31,253 nt of DNA from Okeania sp. (GCF_035285525.1 NZ_JAYKGW010000156.1:1-31253), one strand, 5' to 3'; positions 8,878 through 17,847 are shown, counted from the stretch's first letter. A program made the numbers and translations. Notes: generated by a model not told the origin, from the letters alone.

Positions 8878-9812
8878 TCCATTATTAAATATCCTTTTCT
8901 GCCAACTCACTAATTAGGGATTGCTGATTAAATATCAAAGCCTTGACATTCTAATAGAGGCTTTTTACATCTAAAAAAAGTAGCAGATATTGGCTTAATG
9001 AGGCACAGTTCACGAAAAATCAAAAAGTTAGTATTTAGGCAGAATAATTGCAGAAAAATCAAGGGATAATTCTTGTGAGTATATTCTCTCTCAATAAATC
9101 CTAATTTCTCTTGATTCTTAACTAATCCCTACCTCCTACTCCCTACTCCCTGCTCCCTATTAAAATGAATAATTAATAATTAGAGATACTTTATAATTAT
9201 CAATTATCCATTATTAAATATCCTTTTCTGCCAACTCACTAATTAGGGATTGCTGATTAAATATCAAAGCCTTGACATTCTAATACTTTGAGCCTTTTTG
9301 TATCTAAAAAAAGTAGCAGATTTTGGCCTAATGAGGCACAGTTCACGAAAAATCAAGGGATAATTCTTGTGAGTATATTCTCTCTCAAAATCCTAATTTC
9401 TCTTGATTCTTAACTACTCCCTACCCCCTACTCCCTACTCCCTATTAAAAATGAATAATTAATAATTAGAGATACTTTATAATTATCAATTATCCATTAT
9501 TAAATATCCTTTTCTGCCAACTCACTAATTAGGGATTGCTGATTAAATATCAAAGCCTTGACATTCTAATAGAGCCTTTTTATATCTAAAAAAAGTAGCA
9601 GATTTTGGCTTAATGAGGCACAGTTCACGAAAAATCAAAAAGTTAGTATTTAGGCAGAATAATTGCAGAAAAATCAAAGGATAATTCTTGTGAGTATATT
9701 CTCTATAAATAAATCCTAATTTCTCTTGATTCTTCACTACTGCCTACCCCCTACTCCCTACTCCCTATCAATTATTAAATGTCTTTTTCTGCCAACTCAC
9801 TAATTAAATGAT
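8878..9812. repeat. Three tandem 275-330 bp units, each starting with a 41-nt copy of the apcF 3' end
   Basis: GCCAACTCAC of the 41-mer lies at 8901, 9230, 9516 and 9791, and the last copy is the real apcF end. The units are near-identical by eye. Unit 2 lacks a 38-nt block present in units 1 and 3. Confidence 0.9.
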
Positions 9813-10287
9813 CGAAAGGTTCTGCCAAATAAGCACCAGTCGGAATACCCGCTGCCTCAACCTCAGACTTAACCATTTCTTTAAGAATACCAATACCTAT
9901 TACAGTAGGTCCAATAGGTACTCCCAAAGAATTATAAGTTTCCCGAAGCCCCTGTAACACACGCTCATCCAAAACATCTGTATTACCTGCTACCAAAGCA
10001 TAAGTAGCATAGCGCAAATAATAATCCATGTCTCGTAGACAAGCTGCATAACGACGAGTTGTATAAGCATTTCCACCAGGACGAATTAACTCTGGTTGTT
10101 GTGCAAACAAAGTAATCGCAGCTTGTTTAGCCAAACTAGCAGCTTGAGAATTAATTAAAGTAGCAGCTTCTACTCTGGCATTACCAGTTTCAAAATAAGA
10201 CTTTAATTGATCAACTCCATCTCGGTCTAAATAACGACCTTTAGAATCGTAACTTTCTATTAAGCTAGTTATAGTATCCCGCATCAA
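9775..10287 (-). CDS. apcF: Allophycocyanin beta-18 subunit (phycobilisome core component ApcF)
   Basis: 170 aa with MRDTITSLI.., NAYTTRRYAACLRDMDYYLRY (chromophore Cys), DERVLQGLRETYNSLGVPIGPTV and a C-terminal PFDH motif. This matches ApcF better than ApcB, ApcA or ApcD. It is a stand-alone gene, as is usual for apcF. Confidence 0.85.
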   Translation of the reverse strand: MMRDTITSLIESYDSKGRYLDRDGVDQLKSYFETGNARVEAATLINSQAASLAKQAAITLFAQQPELIRPGGNAYTTRRYAACLRDMDYYLRYATYALVAGNTDVLDERVLQGLRETYNSLGVPIGPTVIGIGILKEMVKSEVEAAGIPTGAYLAEPFDHLISELAEKDI

Positions 10288-10378
10288 ATAAATCTCCCAA
10301 CAATTTCTTAAAGTTTCTATATTAGCCTACTATAAATTGACACCTAGCAGAATCATTAGAGTAGCTTCTAGATAATTT

Positions 10379-10421
10379 GTAACATTAGATACAAAAACTT
10401 ATCAATTTTCATTTTTATGAT
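10379..10421 (+). promoter_or_regulatory. NtcA-type activated promoter for glnA: TGTA-N8-TACA box plus a -10 TATGAT
   Basis: GTAACATTAGATAC at 10379-10392 is flanked by T and A, giving the full palindromic consensus. TATGAT (TAN3T) at 10416-10421 lies 23 nt downstream, the class II spacing. The box is about 300 nt upstream of the glnA ATG. Confidence 0.6.
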
Positions 10422-10691
10422 TATCCAGATGTTTTCTTATTAAAGCTAACTGCGATTAGTATTATCGCCCTAATTGTTTTCGACATCTAGTCAAAACAAT
10501 AAAAACTTTAAATAAAACATTAGTACAAAATCAATTTGTTAATTTGTGAAGTTTTATTAAAGTTTTCTAGAAGAGCTAGAAGAGTGACACATCTTAATTA
10601 AATAGTGGAGCTGTGTCAGTCCAGTAGCAGCAGTTATTCTTCTTGTTAAGAAAATGAAAATTTAAGTAACGATTTAGGAGCTAATAATTTA

Positions 10692-12113
10692 ATGCCAGAA
10701 ACAGCCCAAGAAGTATTAAAGTTGATTGAAGATCAAGACATTCAAGTTATTGATTTGAAGTTTATTGACCTACCTGGTATTTGGCAACATTTAACAGTTC
10801 ACAAAAGCCAACTAGACGAGAGTTCTTTCACAGACGGAGTTGCCTTCGACGGTTCCAGTATTCGTGGTTGGAAAAATATTAACGAGTCAGACATGATGAT
10901 GGTACTCGATCCAACTACCGCTTGGATGGAGCCTTTTATGGCCGAACCTACATTAAGTGTTACTTGCAGCATTAAAGAACCTCGGACTGGTGAATGGTAT
11001 AGCCGTTGTCCCAGAGTTATTGCTCAGAAAGCAATTGATTATTTAAGAAGCACAGGTCTTGGAGATACAGCATTCTTTGGCCCAGAAGCTGAATTTTTTA
11101 TATTTGAAGATGCTCGTTTCGACCAAACAGAAAACAAAGGATACTACTATGTTGATAGTATAGAAGGCCGTTGGAATTCCGGTCGAGAAGAAGAAGGAGG
11201 CAACAAAGCTTATAAACCTCGCTACAAAGAAGGTTACTTCCCAGTATCTCCCACAGATACCGCGCAAGACCTACGGACAGAAATGCTATTAACAATGGCG
11301 AAGTGTGGAGTTCCCATTGAGAAGCATCACCACGAAGTAGCTACTGGTGGTCAAAATGAATTAGGTTTCCGCTTTGGTACATTAATCGAAGCTGCCGATA
11401 ACTTAATGATTTATAAATATGTTATTAAGAATGTGGCTAAAAAGTATGGCAAGACCGTTACTTTTATGCCTAAGCCTATTTTTAATGATAATGGTTCTGG
11501 TATGCACTGTCACCAGTCAATCTGGAAAGATGGACAGCCTTTATTCTGGGGTGATGGTTATGCTAACCTGAGCAAAATGGCTCTTAATTATATTGGTGGT
11601 CTCCTGAAGCATGCTCCAGCAATATTAGCTTTTTCTAACCCTTCCACTAATTCTTATAAACGATTAGTTCCTGGATTTGAAGCTCCCGTAAACTTAGCTT
11701 ATTCTCAAGGAAACCGTTCCGCTTCGATTCGGATTCCTTTAAGTGGTACTAATCCTAAAGCAAAACGACTAGAGTTCCGTTGTCCTGATGCTACTTGTAA
11801 CCCATATCTAGCTTTTGCAGCGATGCTTTGTGCTGGTATTGATGGAATTAAGAATGAAATTGATCCTGGTGAATCTTTAGATGTGGATATTTATGACCTC
11901 AGTCCTGAAGAGTTGAGTAAGATTCCTTCTACTCCTGCTTCTCTGGAGCTTGCTTTGAAAGCTTTAGAAGCAGACCATGAGTTTTTGACTACTGGTGGAG
12001 TATTTACAGAGGATTTGATTCAAACTTGGATTGACTACAAGATTAATAATGAAGTTAAACCTATGAGTCTACGTCCTCATCCTTATGAATTCTCTTTATA
12101 TTATGATTGTTAA
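10692..12113 (+). CDS. glnA: Glutamine synthetase type I
   Basis: 473 aa with an AGGAG Shine-Dalgarno sequence upstream. Hallmark GSI segments are present: [59 protein letters not shown] and [16 protein letters not shown]. Confidence 0.97.
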   Translation: MPETAQEVLKLIEDQDIQVIDLKFIDLPGIWQHLTVHKSQLDESSFTDGVAFDGSSIRGWKNINESDMMMVLDPTTAWMEPFMAEPTLSVTCSIKEPRTGEWYSRCPRVIAQKAIDYLRSTGLGDTAFFGPEAEFFIFEDARFDQTENKGYYYVDSIEGRWNSGREEEGGNKAYKPRYKEGYFPVSPTDTAQDLRTEMLLTMAKCGVPIEKHHHEVATGGQNELGFRFGTLIEAADNLMIYKYVIKNVAKKYGKTVTFMPKPIFNDNGSGMHCHQSIWKDGQPLFWGDGYANLSKMALNYIGGLLKHAPAILAFSNPSTNSYKRLVPGFEAPVNLAYSQGNRSASIRIPLSGTNPKAKRLEFRCPDATCNPYLAFAAMLCAGIDGIKNEIDPGESLDVDIYDLSPEELSKIPSTPASLELALKALEADHEFLTTGGVFTEDLIQTWIDYKINNEVKPMSLRPHPYEFSLYYDC

Positions 12114-12138
12114 ATAGTAGAGATTTCATTTTTTTTTA

Positions 12139-12166
12139 GTCTTCCTTAATGGGAGGCTTTTTTTTT
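12139..12166 (+). terminator. Rho-independent terminator of glnA
   Basis: GTCTTCC (12139-12145) pairs with GGGAGGC (12151-12157, includes G-U pairs) around the loop TTAAT, followed by T9. Confidence 0.6.
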
Positions 12167-12279
12167 GGTAAATATTTCCTACGGAATGCTAATAGCTGAA
12201 TGCTAACGACTCTACCTACTCCTTTAAAAAGGGCTAAGATATCTTCATACTTAATTTCCCTACTCCCTACTCCCTAATT

Positions 12280-13350
12280 ATGTCAATTACAAAATTAACC
12301 TACCAAACACTTCAACAAAGCAAAATTTACTTTGCTTTAGCTCACAAAAGAATTTCCACTGAGCTTAGAAATTTTATTAATCCAAATCTCAAATTAAATA
12401 CCAAATCTTTGTCTGTTGAAGTTCTCCAAAAAATGCAGCAAAGTATTGATAAAATTATCCAAAAAGATTTCGCAGATGCAGAAAAAGGCATCTATTCAGT
12501 TAATATAATCTTTGAGAATTTATGGCTAGAATTTTTCAGTTATTATCCTAATATTTGGCTAGATATGCCTACAGTTTGGGAAAAAATTAAACAAAAAAAA
12601 TATCAAGAATTTTCTCCAGAAATAGATACTAAAAATTATCCCAATTATTATTTACAAAACTTCCATTATCAAACAGATGGATACTTGAGCGAAATGTCAG
12701 CTAATCTCTATGATTTACAGGTAGAAATTTTATTTAATGGTACTGCTGATACCATGCGCAGACGAATTTTAGCTCCCTTAAAAAAGGGTTTAGAAAAATT
12801 GTTTTCTGGCGAAAATTTGGAAGCGATCACTCCTCAAAAACTTAAAGTTTTAGACATAGCTTGTGGTACTGGTAGAACATTAAAATTCATTCGCGCTTCC
12901 TTGCCCAAAGCATCTCTTTATGGTATTGACTTGTCACCTGCTTACTTAAAAAAAGCCAATAAATTACTATCAGAAGAATTGGGAGAATTGCCTCAACTTT
13001 TCCAAGGAAATGCAGAAAATTTACCCTTCCGAGATAACTATTTTCAAGGAATAACTTGTGTTTTTACATTCCATGAATTACCGCCAATAGTACGTCAAAA
13101 AGTTTTAGAAGAAACATTTAGAGTAATTCAACCAGGAGGCATTTTTGTTATTTGCGATTCAATTCAATTATCTGATGAACCTGACTTTTCTCCAATGTTA
13201 GAAAACTTCCAGGCAATGTTCCATGAACCCTATTATAAAAATTACATTACAGATAATTTAGAAAAACATTTAGAAACAGCAGGATTTGTAAATATAACCA
13301 CTGAAGTTCATTTTGTTAGTAAATATTGGGTTAGTTATAAACCAATATAA
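12280..13350 (+). CDS. Class I SAM-dependent methyltransferase
   Basis: 356 aa with motif I VLDIACGTGR, then LPFRDNYFQGITCVFTFHEL and IQPGGIFVICD (Methyltransf_11-like) in the C-terminal half. Confidence 0.75.
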   Translation: MSITKLTYQTLQQSKIYFALAHKRISTELRNFINPNLKLNTKSLSVEVLQKMQQSIDKIIQKDFADAEKGIYSVNIIFENLWLEFFSYYPNIWLDMPTVWEKIKQKKYQEFSPEIDTKNYPNYYLQNFHYQTDGYLSEMSANLYDLQVEILFNGTADTMRRRILAPLKKGLEKLFSGENLEAITPQKLKVLDIACGTGRTLKFIRASLPKASLYGIDLSPAYLKKANKLLSEELGELPQLFQGNAENLPFRDNYFQGITCVFTFHELPPIVRQKVLEETFRVIQPGGIFVICDSIQLSDEPDFSPMLENFQAMFHEPYYKNYITDNLEKHLETAGFVNITTEVHFVSKYWVSYKPI

Positions 13351-13414
13351 ATAATGAATAATTGATAATTTTAAAGATAGTATTCATTATCCATTATGGT
13401 TCCCATGCCAACCC

Positions 13415-13447
13415 AGAAACCCGGTTTCTCGTAGAAACCGGGTTTCT
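13415..13447. repeat. Inverted-repeat element AGAAACCCGGTTTCT-CGT-AGAAACCGGGTTTCT
   Basis: Two 15-nt arms are perfectly complementary. A second copy sits at 22734-22766 with a TAA spacer. Confidence 0.9.
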
Positions 13448-13567
13448 TTGCGTAAATCCCTGTTTCCAGTTAAGTGTTCCCAGTTAAGTGTTCTCTAAAA
13501 CTGTTTCATTCTCGGTTAAGATTTTTTAGAATAGACAAGCACTATAATCCTCTAGGTATAAAGAATT

Positions 13568-14062
13568 ATGACTACTAACAATCCGGAAACTGTTTCTGTG
13601 GACAACCCTTCTACTGAGGCAGCAGATATTAACGATCTAATCACAGAAGACTTTAGTCTTAGCTACATAGAAGAAATTGAGACTGTGATTGCCAATATGG
13701 CAGAAGAACAAAAAGTTATGGTAGCTCAAAATGAGTCAGGCCATTTGTGGAAGTTCAAATATGGCACTGTGGATGTATATGTCAGATTGACAGGAGAAAC
13801 TGATGATGATACCCTTACGGTTTGGTCTTATGTATTGAAGTTACCAGCAAAAAATGAACCAGAGTTAATGCGTAGACTATTGCAAATGAATTGGTTATCA
13901 ACGATGGAATCTCATTTTGCCATTGTGGATAATCAAATTGTAGTTGTAGCAACTCGTACTGTAGCAGAATTATCTCCAGGAGAAATTTCCCGGGCTATTA
14001 CTATTGTGGCAAATCTTGCTGATGAAAGTGATGAACCTTTAATTGAAGAGTTTGGACAATAA
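13568..14062 (+). CDS. Acidic cytoplasmic protein, YbjN-like (putative sensory-transduction regulator/chaperone fold)
   Basis: 164-aa ORF with no TM segment. The family call is from memory of conserved cyanobacterial YbjN-domain proteins and is not motif-proven. Confidence 0.45.
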   Translation: MTTNNPETVSVDNPSTEAADINDLITEDFSLSYIEEIETVIANMAEEQKVMVAQNESGHLWKFKYGTVDVYVRLTGETDDDTLTVWSYVLKLPAKNEPELMRRLLQMNWLSTMESHFAIVDNQIVVVATRTVAELSPGEISRAITIVANLADESDEPLIEEFGQ

Positions 14063-14194
14063 TATAGAACAGGACTTACCCAAAGGTACTATGTATAAAG
14101 TTCCAAAACTATTGCGCAATAGTTGTGGACGCTATATATAGCTTCTCTACATAAGTCTCATAGAAGACACAGCGCTTTCCGTATTTAATATCCT

Positions 14195-14276
14195 TAGGGG
14201 TTTGGTCTCCAAACCCTCTAAAAATCAAATCCGGTAATATCAGTAATCTCGTTAGGGGTTTGGTCTCCAAACCCTA
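14195..14276. repeat. Two copies of the palindromic dispersed repeat TTAGGGGTTTGGTCTCCAAACCCT
   Basis: Copies lie at 14195-14220 and 14252-14276. The second supplies the spurious TTG start of the 14260 ORF. Confidence 0.9.
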
Positions 14277-14324
14277 TTCTCCAAAGCCAGCAAATTTGAT
14301 ATCAATAATACACAATATTGTTAC

Positions 14325-14379
14325 TTCCCACACCTCCCACACCTCCCACACTTCCCACACTTCCCACACTTCCCACACC
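14325..14379 (+). repeat. 9-nt tandem repeat (T/C)TCCCACAC x6 abutting the start codon
   Basis: TTCCCACAC CTCCCACAC CTCCCACAC TTCCCACAC TTCCCACAC TTCCCACAC C ATG. It translates as (SHT)n in the extended ORF. Confidence 0.95.
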
Positions 14380-15135
14380 ATGTCTTGGCGACTCATACCC
14401 CTACTCACAACAACTGGAAAATTACAAATGGCAATAGATGAATGGTTGCTACACCAACATCTCCAAGAAAAAATTCCACCGACTCTCCGTTTTTACACCT
14501 GGGAACCAGTCGCCATTTCTCTCGGTTATCATCAAAAACGCTATCCTGAATATTGGCAAAACTTAACTTGGCAAGGCAAACCTGTGGATATTGTCCGTCG
14601 TCCTACTGGTGGGAGAGCAGTTTTACATCAAGGAGATTTAACTTATAGTCTGATAACTTCCGGTTTTAGTGGCAGTCGAATAGAATCTTATCGAACTATT
14701 TGTGAATTTTTAATCCAGGGGTGGCGATCGCTTGGCATTGAGCTACGTTATGGTAGTGCAGGAAGAGGGTATATTAATAACCCAAACTGTTTTGGAACTT
14801 CTACAGGTGCAGATTTAATTTTATCTAATGGAAGCAAATTAATTGGTAGTGCCCAACTGAGAAAACAAGGAGCAATATTACAACATGGTTCTATGATTTT
14901 AACACCCGATCTTGAATTTTTTAAATATGTTTTTAACTCTCAATTATCCCCTGGAGTTTCTGATATTTCTACATCTTTTTTCTCTGTAAATCATCAGGGA
15001 GAAAATTTGATTAATCAGATTATTGAAACTTTAATTATAGCTGCTAGTGAATGTTTTAAAATTCAGTTAATTACTGAACCTTTATCAAAAGAAGAATGGA
15101 TGGAAATCTGTAATTTTGCCAACCCTAATTTATGA
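14380..15135 (+). CDS. Lipoate-protein ligase / octanoyltransferase family protein (BPL/LplA/LipB catalytic domain)
   Basis: It carries LRFYTWEPVAISLGYHQ, VRRPTGGRAVLH and GSKLIGSAQLRK (catalytic Lys context). The start is set at ATG 14380 (MSWRL), because the 40 upstream codons consist only of dispersed and 9-nt repeats. Confidence 0.7.
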   Translation: MSWRLIPLLTTTGKLQMAIDEWLLHQHLQEKIPPTLRFYTWEPVAISLGYHQKRYPEYWQNLTWQGKPVDIVRRPTGGRAVLHQGDLTYSLITSGFSGSRIESYRTICEFLIQGWRSLGIELRYGSAGRGYINNPNCFGTSTGADLILSNGSKLIGSAQLRKQGAILQHGSMILTPDLEFFKYVFNSQLSPGVSDISTSFFSVNHQGENLINQIIETLIIAASECFKIQLITEPLSKEEWMEICNFANPNL

Positions 15136-15220
15136 TTGTTTTTTAACTCTTTCTTGATTTATTTTTGATTTATATTATGTTTATATGTGGAAGTTGGCAA
15201 ATAAAGAGAAAAACCAACAT

Positions 15221-15415
15221 TTATACTAACTGTACTCGGCCTCTAATCACAGAACGTAACAATCTATTAACGCAGTGAAGCTCTTCTTCACTGATGGAAT
15301 CATCCAATATAGCAGCCATCAGGCCATAACGATCTGATTTAGAAAGAGAATAATTTTCTGCAACAGAGGCCATAATTTCGTTTATCGCACCTGGTAGTAA
15401 TGTAACTTCAAGCAT
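15221..15415 (-). CDS. Small hypothetical protein (64 aa)
   Basis: ATG start and non-repetitive sequence with balanced composition. It is the only ORF in a 600-bp gap and has a perfect CRP-type palindrome about 108 nt upstream. I recognise no family. Confidence 0.45.
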   Translation of the reverse strand: MLEVTLLPGAINEIMASVAENYSLSKSDRYGLMAAILDDSISEEELHCVNRLLRSVIRGRVQLV

Positions 15416-15515
15416 GATACTTACCTTGAACTCTATTGTTTAATTTTCCTCTTTTTTTTGTCTTATGGTTGTGACTTCTAATTGAATAGGAGAGTGATTT
15501 TTCAGTAGTAATTTT

Positions 15516-15531
15516 TGTGATTAATATCACA
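15516..15531. promoter_or_regulatory. Perfect CRP-family operator TGTGA-N6-TCACA
   Basis: TGTGATTAATATCACA at 15516-15531. It lies in the 5' region of the minus-strand 64-aa ORF, whose ATG is at 15415. Confidence 0.5.
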
Positions 15532-15688
15532 GTCGGCATATTTAGGGTTTGCTGAAGAGGAAGAAAGGCAGAAGGAAAATAAAGATTTCAAGGGAAAAAG
15601 TTTTTTGGTCGCGGAGCGCGGAACGGAGTTCTATCACTGATTATCCAGATCATGATATTATGCCTTAATTTTTCGGTAAGATTTTATC

Positions 15689-15746
15689 GTAGGAGTTTGG
15701 AGACCAAACCCCTACAAAATATTTGGTTTGGAGACCAAACCCCTAA
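15689..15746. repeat. Two copies of the palindromic dispersed repeat (G)GTTTGGAGACCAAACCCCTA
   Basis: Copies at 15689-15715 and 15725-15746. The left flank GTAAGATTTTATCGTAGG is shared with the copy at 1284-1305. Confidence 0.9.
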
Positions 15747-15750
15747 CTAT

Positions 15751-16332
15751 TTATTGTACTTGACTGCCATGAACTCTAGGATCGGCTTGACTTGCTCTCA
15801 TCGGTCCTACTGGGGGATTAAATTCAGAAGCTTGATTAATTGTACTATTATATGGTAAAGCGGTTCCTGCAACTAAAGCTTCTATATTTGCTGACATAAC
15901 AGACTGTGGAACTTCTCCAATAGCTTGGCCAACTTCAGTTCCCTCTCGATCTAAAAATACAAAATGGGGAATGCCATCTACCCGATATTTAACCAATTCT
16001 GGTAACCACTTACTATTATCCACATTTAACATCACAAAGTTAGTATTTTGAGTATACTTTTCTCTAATTTCGTCTAACTCAGAAGCCATAGCTTGACAAA
16101 CAGTACACCAGTTAGCATAAAATTCAACTAAAGTAGGCTTATTATTGTTTAATGCTATATCTAGAGGTGTTGCACTTTCAGCCATTTCATCTAAGGAAAC
16201 AGAAGTTGTGTCGGTTCGTAATCCTATAAAAATGGTTACTGATAAGGCGATCGCTACTAACACAATAATGAAATTTCTCAAGCGCATCGCCAAAGAGGAA
16301 CTTTTTGTAGGTTCAGATGGATTTACATTCAT
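15751..16332 (-). CDS. txlA: Membrane-anchored thioredoxin-like protein TxlA
   Basis: 193 aa with an N-terminal TM helix (FIIVLVAIALSVTIFIGL) and a thioredoxin domain with the active site WCTVCQ (LVEFYANWCTVCQ). Confidence 0.75.
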   Translation of the reverse strand: MNVNPSEPTKSSSLAMRLRNFIIVLVAIALSVTIFIGLRTDTTSVSLDEMAESATPLDIALNNNKPTLVEFYANWCTVCQAMASELDEIREKYTQNTNFVMLNVDNSKWLPELVKYRVDGIPHFVFLDREGTEVGQAIGEVPQSVMSANIEALVAGTALPYNSTINQASEFNPPVGPMRASQADPRVHGSQVQ

Positions 16333-16388
16333 AGTTAGAAAATTAAATAATAGTTACAATTTTATAGTAATTTCGGTTTTGTTGAGGG

Positions 16389-16560
16389 AACACTTAAAAG
16401 GAAATAGAAAATCAGAAAAATAACTGTACAAATTATTATAGATTTCATCGCCCCAATCTAATTATTAATGGAGAGAAAACTTAACACTTAAAAGGAAATA
16501 GAAAATCAGAAAAATAACTGTACAAATTATTATAGATTTCATCAACCAAATCTAATTATC
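16389..16560. repeat. Tandem duplication of a 78-bp core at a 94-bp period, in the txlA / NIL-ferredoxin divergent region
   Basis: AACACTTAAAAGGAAATAGAAAATCAGAAAAATAACTGTACAAATTATTATAGATTTCATC... occurs at 16389-16466 and 16483-16560. Confidence 0.9.
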
Positions 16561-16588
16561 AATTATCAATTATTCAGAGGATTAACCT

Positions 16589-16993
16589 GTGAAAAAACGA
16601 GTAACGTTAACATTTCCACAAAGGTCAATTCAAATGCCTATTACCTATAGATTAGCTAAAGATTTTAATATTGCTGCTAATATTATTCGCGCTCAAGTAG
16701 CACCTAATCAAGTAGGAAAATTAGTGTTAGAATTATCAGGAGATATTGATGAGTTAGAAGCGGCACTAGAATGGATGAGACTGCATAATATAAATGTATG
16801 TCTAACTAGCAGAGAAATTATAATCAATGAAAATAGTTGTGTAGACTGTGGTTTATGTACTGGTGTATGTCCTACAGAAGCTCTAAGTTTACAACCTAAT
16901 ACCTTTCGTCTCAATTTTCTTAGGTCTCGTTGCATTGTTTGTGAACAATGTATTCCTGCTTGTCCAGTTAAAGCAATTTCTACTAATCTATAA
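16589..16993 (+). CDS. NIL-domain protein fused to a 2x[4Fe-4S] ferredoxin domain
   Basis: GTG start, 134 aa. The N-terminal half looks NIL-like (ANIIRAQV...GKLVLELSGD). The C-terminal half has two CxxCxxCxxxCP motifs (CVDCGLCTGVCP and CIVCEQCIPACP). Confidence 0.75.
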   Translation: MKKRVTLTFPQRSIQMPITYRLAKDFNIAANIIRAQVAPNQVGKLVLELSGDIDELEAALEWMRLHNINVCLTSREIIINENSCVDCGLCTGVCPTEALSLQPNTFRLNFLRSRCIVCEQCIPACPVKAISTNL

Positions 16994-16999
16994 ACTAAT

Positions 17000-17425
17000 G
17001 TGAAACCAATACCTTTACTTTCTTTTACTCTACTTTTAATTAGTTATAGTGTTTTTGGCTGGACTCTAGCCAATACTCAAATTAATTTATTTTCATATTT
17101 ATTTGTTATAATTAGTATTTTTTTATTAGATGCAATCTTAACTTTTCGTTTATTTAATTGGAAAGTAATAAACCCCTGGTTTAAAAATGATATTTTTGCT
17201 TTTATTTCTGCAATTGTTATTGCCTTTTTATTTGTAGTTTTGGTTAGATGGATTAATATTTTTGTCCATGGTTTAGCATTAGCATCTGCAGAGATATTAG
17301 CCAAATTAGATGCTCAAATCTATGGTTTTAAAAAATGGCAATCTTTTTGGATTTTACTAATAATTTCAGAAGGAAGTTTTATCCTGGGAACTGCATTTTA
17401 CTTATTGATAAAAAACTATACATAA
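17000..17425 (+). CDS. Hypothetical small membrane protein, probably co-transcribed with the NIL-ferredoxin gene
   Basis: GTG start 6 nt after the previous stop. 141 aa with about 4 hydrophobic helices and no recognised motif. Confidence 0.45.
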   Translation: MKPIPLLSFTLLLISYSVFGWTLANTQINLFSYLFVIISIFLLDAILTFRLFNWKVINPWFKNDIFAFISAIVIAFLFVVLVRWINIFVHGLALASAEILAKLDAQIYGFKKWQSFWILLIISEGSFILGTAFYLLIKNYT

Positions 17426-17847
17426 TTAGTTGTGCAAAACTAATTTCCTAATAATACTAAAATTCAGGAACAATTATTCTCCCTACTTTCTCTTTCTTCC
17501 CACACTTTAATTTCTTCAGCAAACCCTTTTTATGGGTGCTTACAAAAATCTCATGTTATATCCAATAGTATGGTTAATGTATAGATATTCAATATATAAA
17601 GATATAGCAATCCTATTTTATTCGTGGCAAAAATCCTACTGGTTTTTAGGGAACAGAGAAGGCTTAACTGGGAATAGGTAAGAGTTACGGTTCCCGATAA
17701 ATCAGTTTTTTTATTTACTTTTTAATTACCCGCAACCTATTGAGGATTACTATAGTTGTTATAGACATTTAAAAAACTGTCACCAATCAATATCGCAATA
17801 ACAGTTAAATTCTGAGATAATAAAAAAGTAAGCGTTTGACTGTTCTT

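Noticed and set aside
9543-9737. 64-aa ORF inside repeat unit 3
   Set aside because: Its GTG start and reading frame are not preserved in the near-identical units 1 and 2, and its composition is that of the repeat.
8878-9812. Diversity-generating retroelement (template repeat / variable repeat pair at the apcF 3' end)
   Set aside because: The shared segment is only 41 nt. The two differences are transitions and do not show the adenine-specific pattern of DGRs. No reverse transcriptase is nearby, and ApcF is a conserved structural protein.
14260-14379. N-terminal extension of the lipoate-ligase-family ORF (VSKPYSPKP...HTSHTSHTS)
   Set aside because: It uses a TTG start inside a dispersed palindrome, and the extension consists solely of repeat sequence. 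ATG 14380 begins the conserved domain.
15652-15858. 68-aa plus-strand ORF
   Set aside because: It is read through two copies of the palindromic dispersed repeat (FGDQTP peptide) and overlaps the 3' end of txlA.
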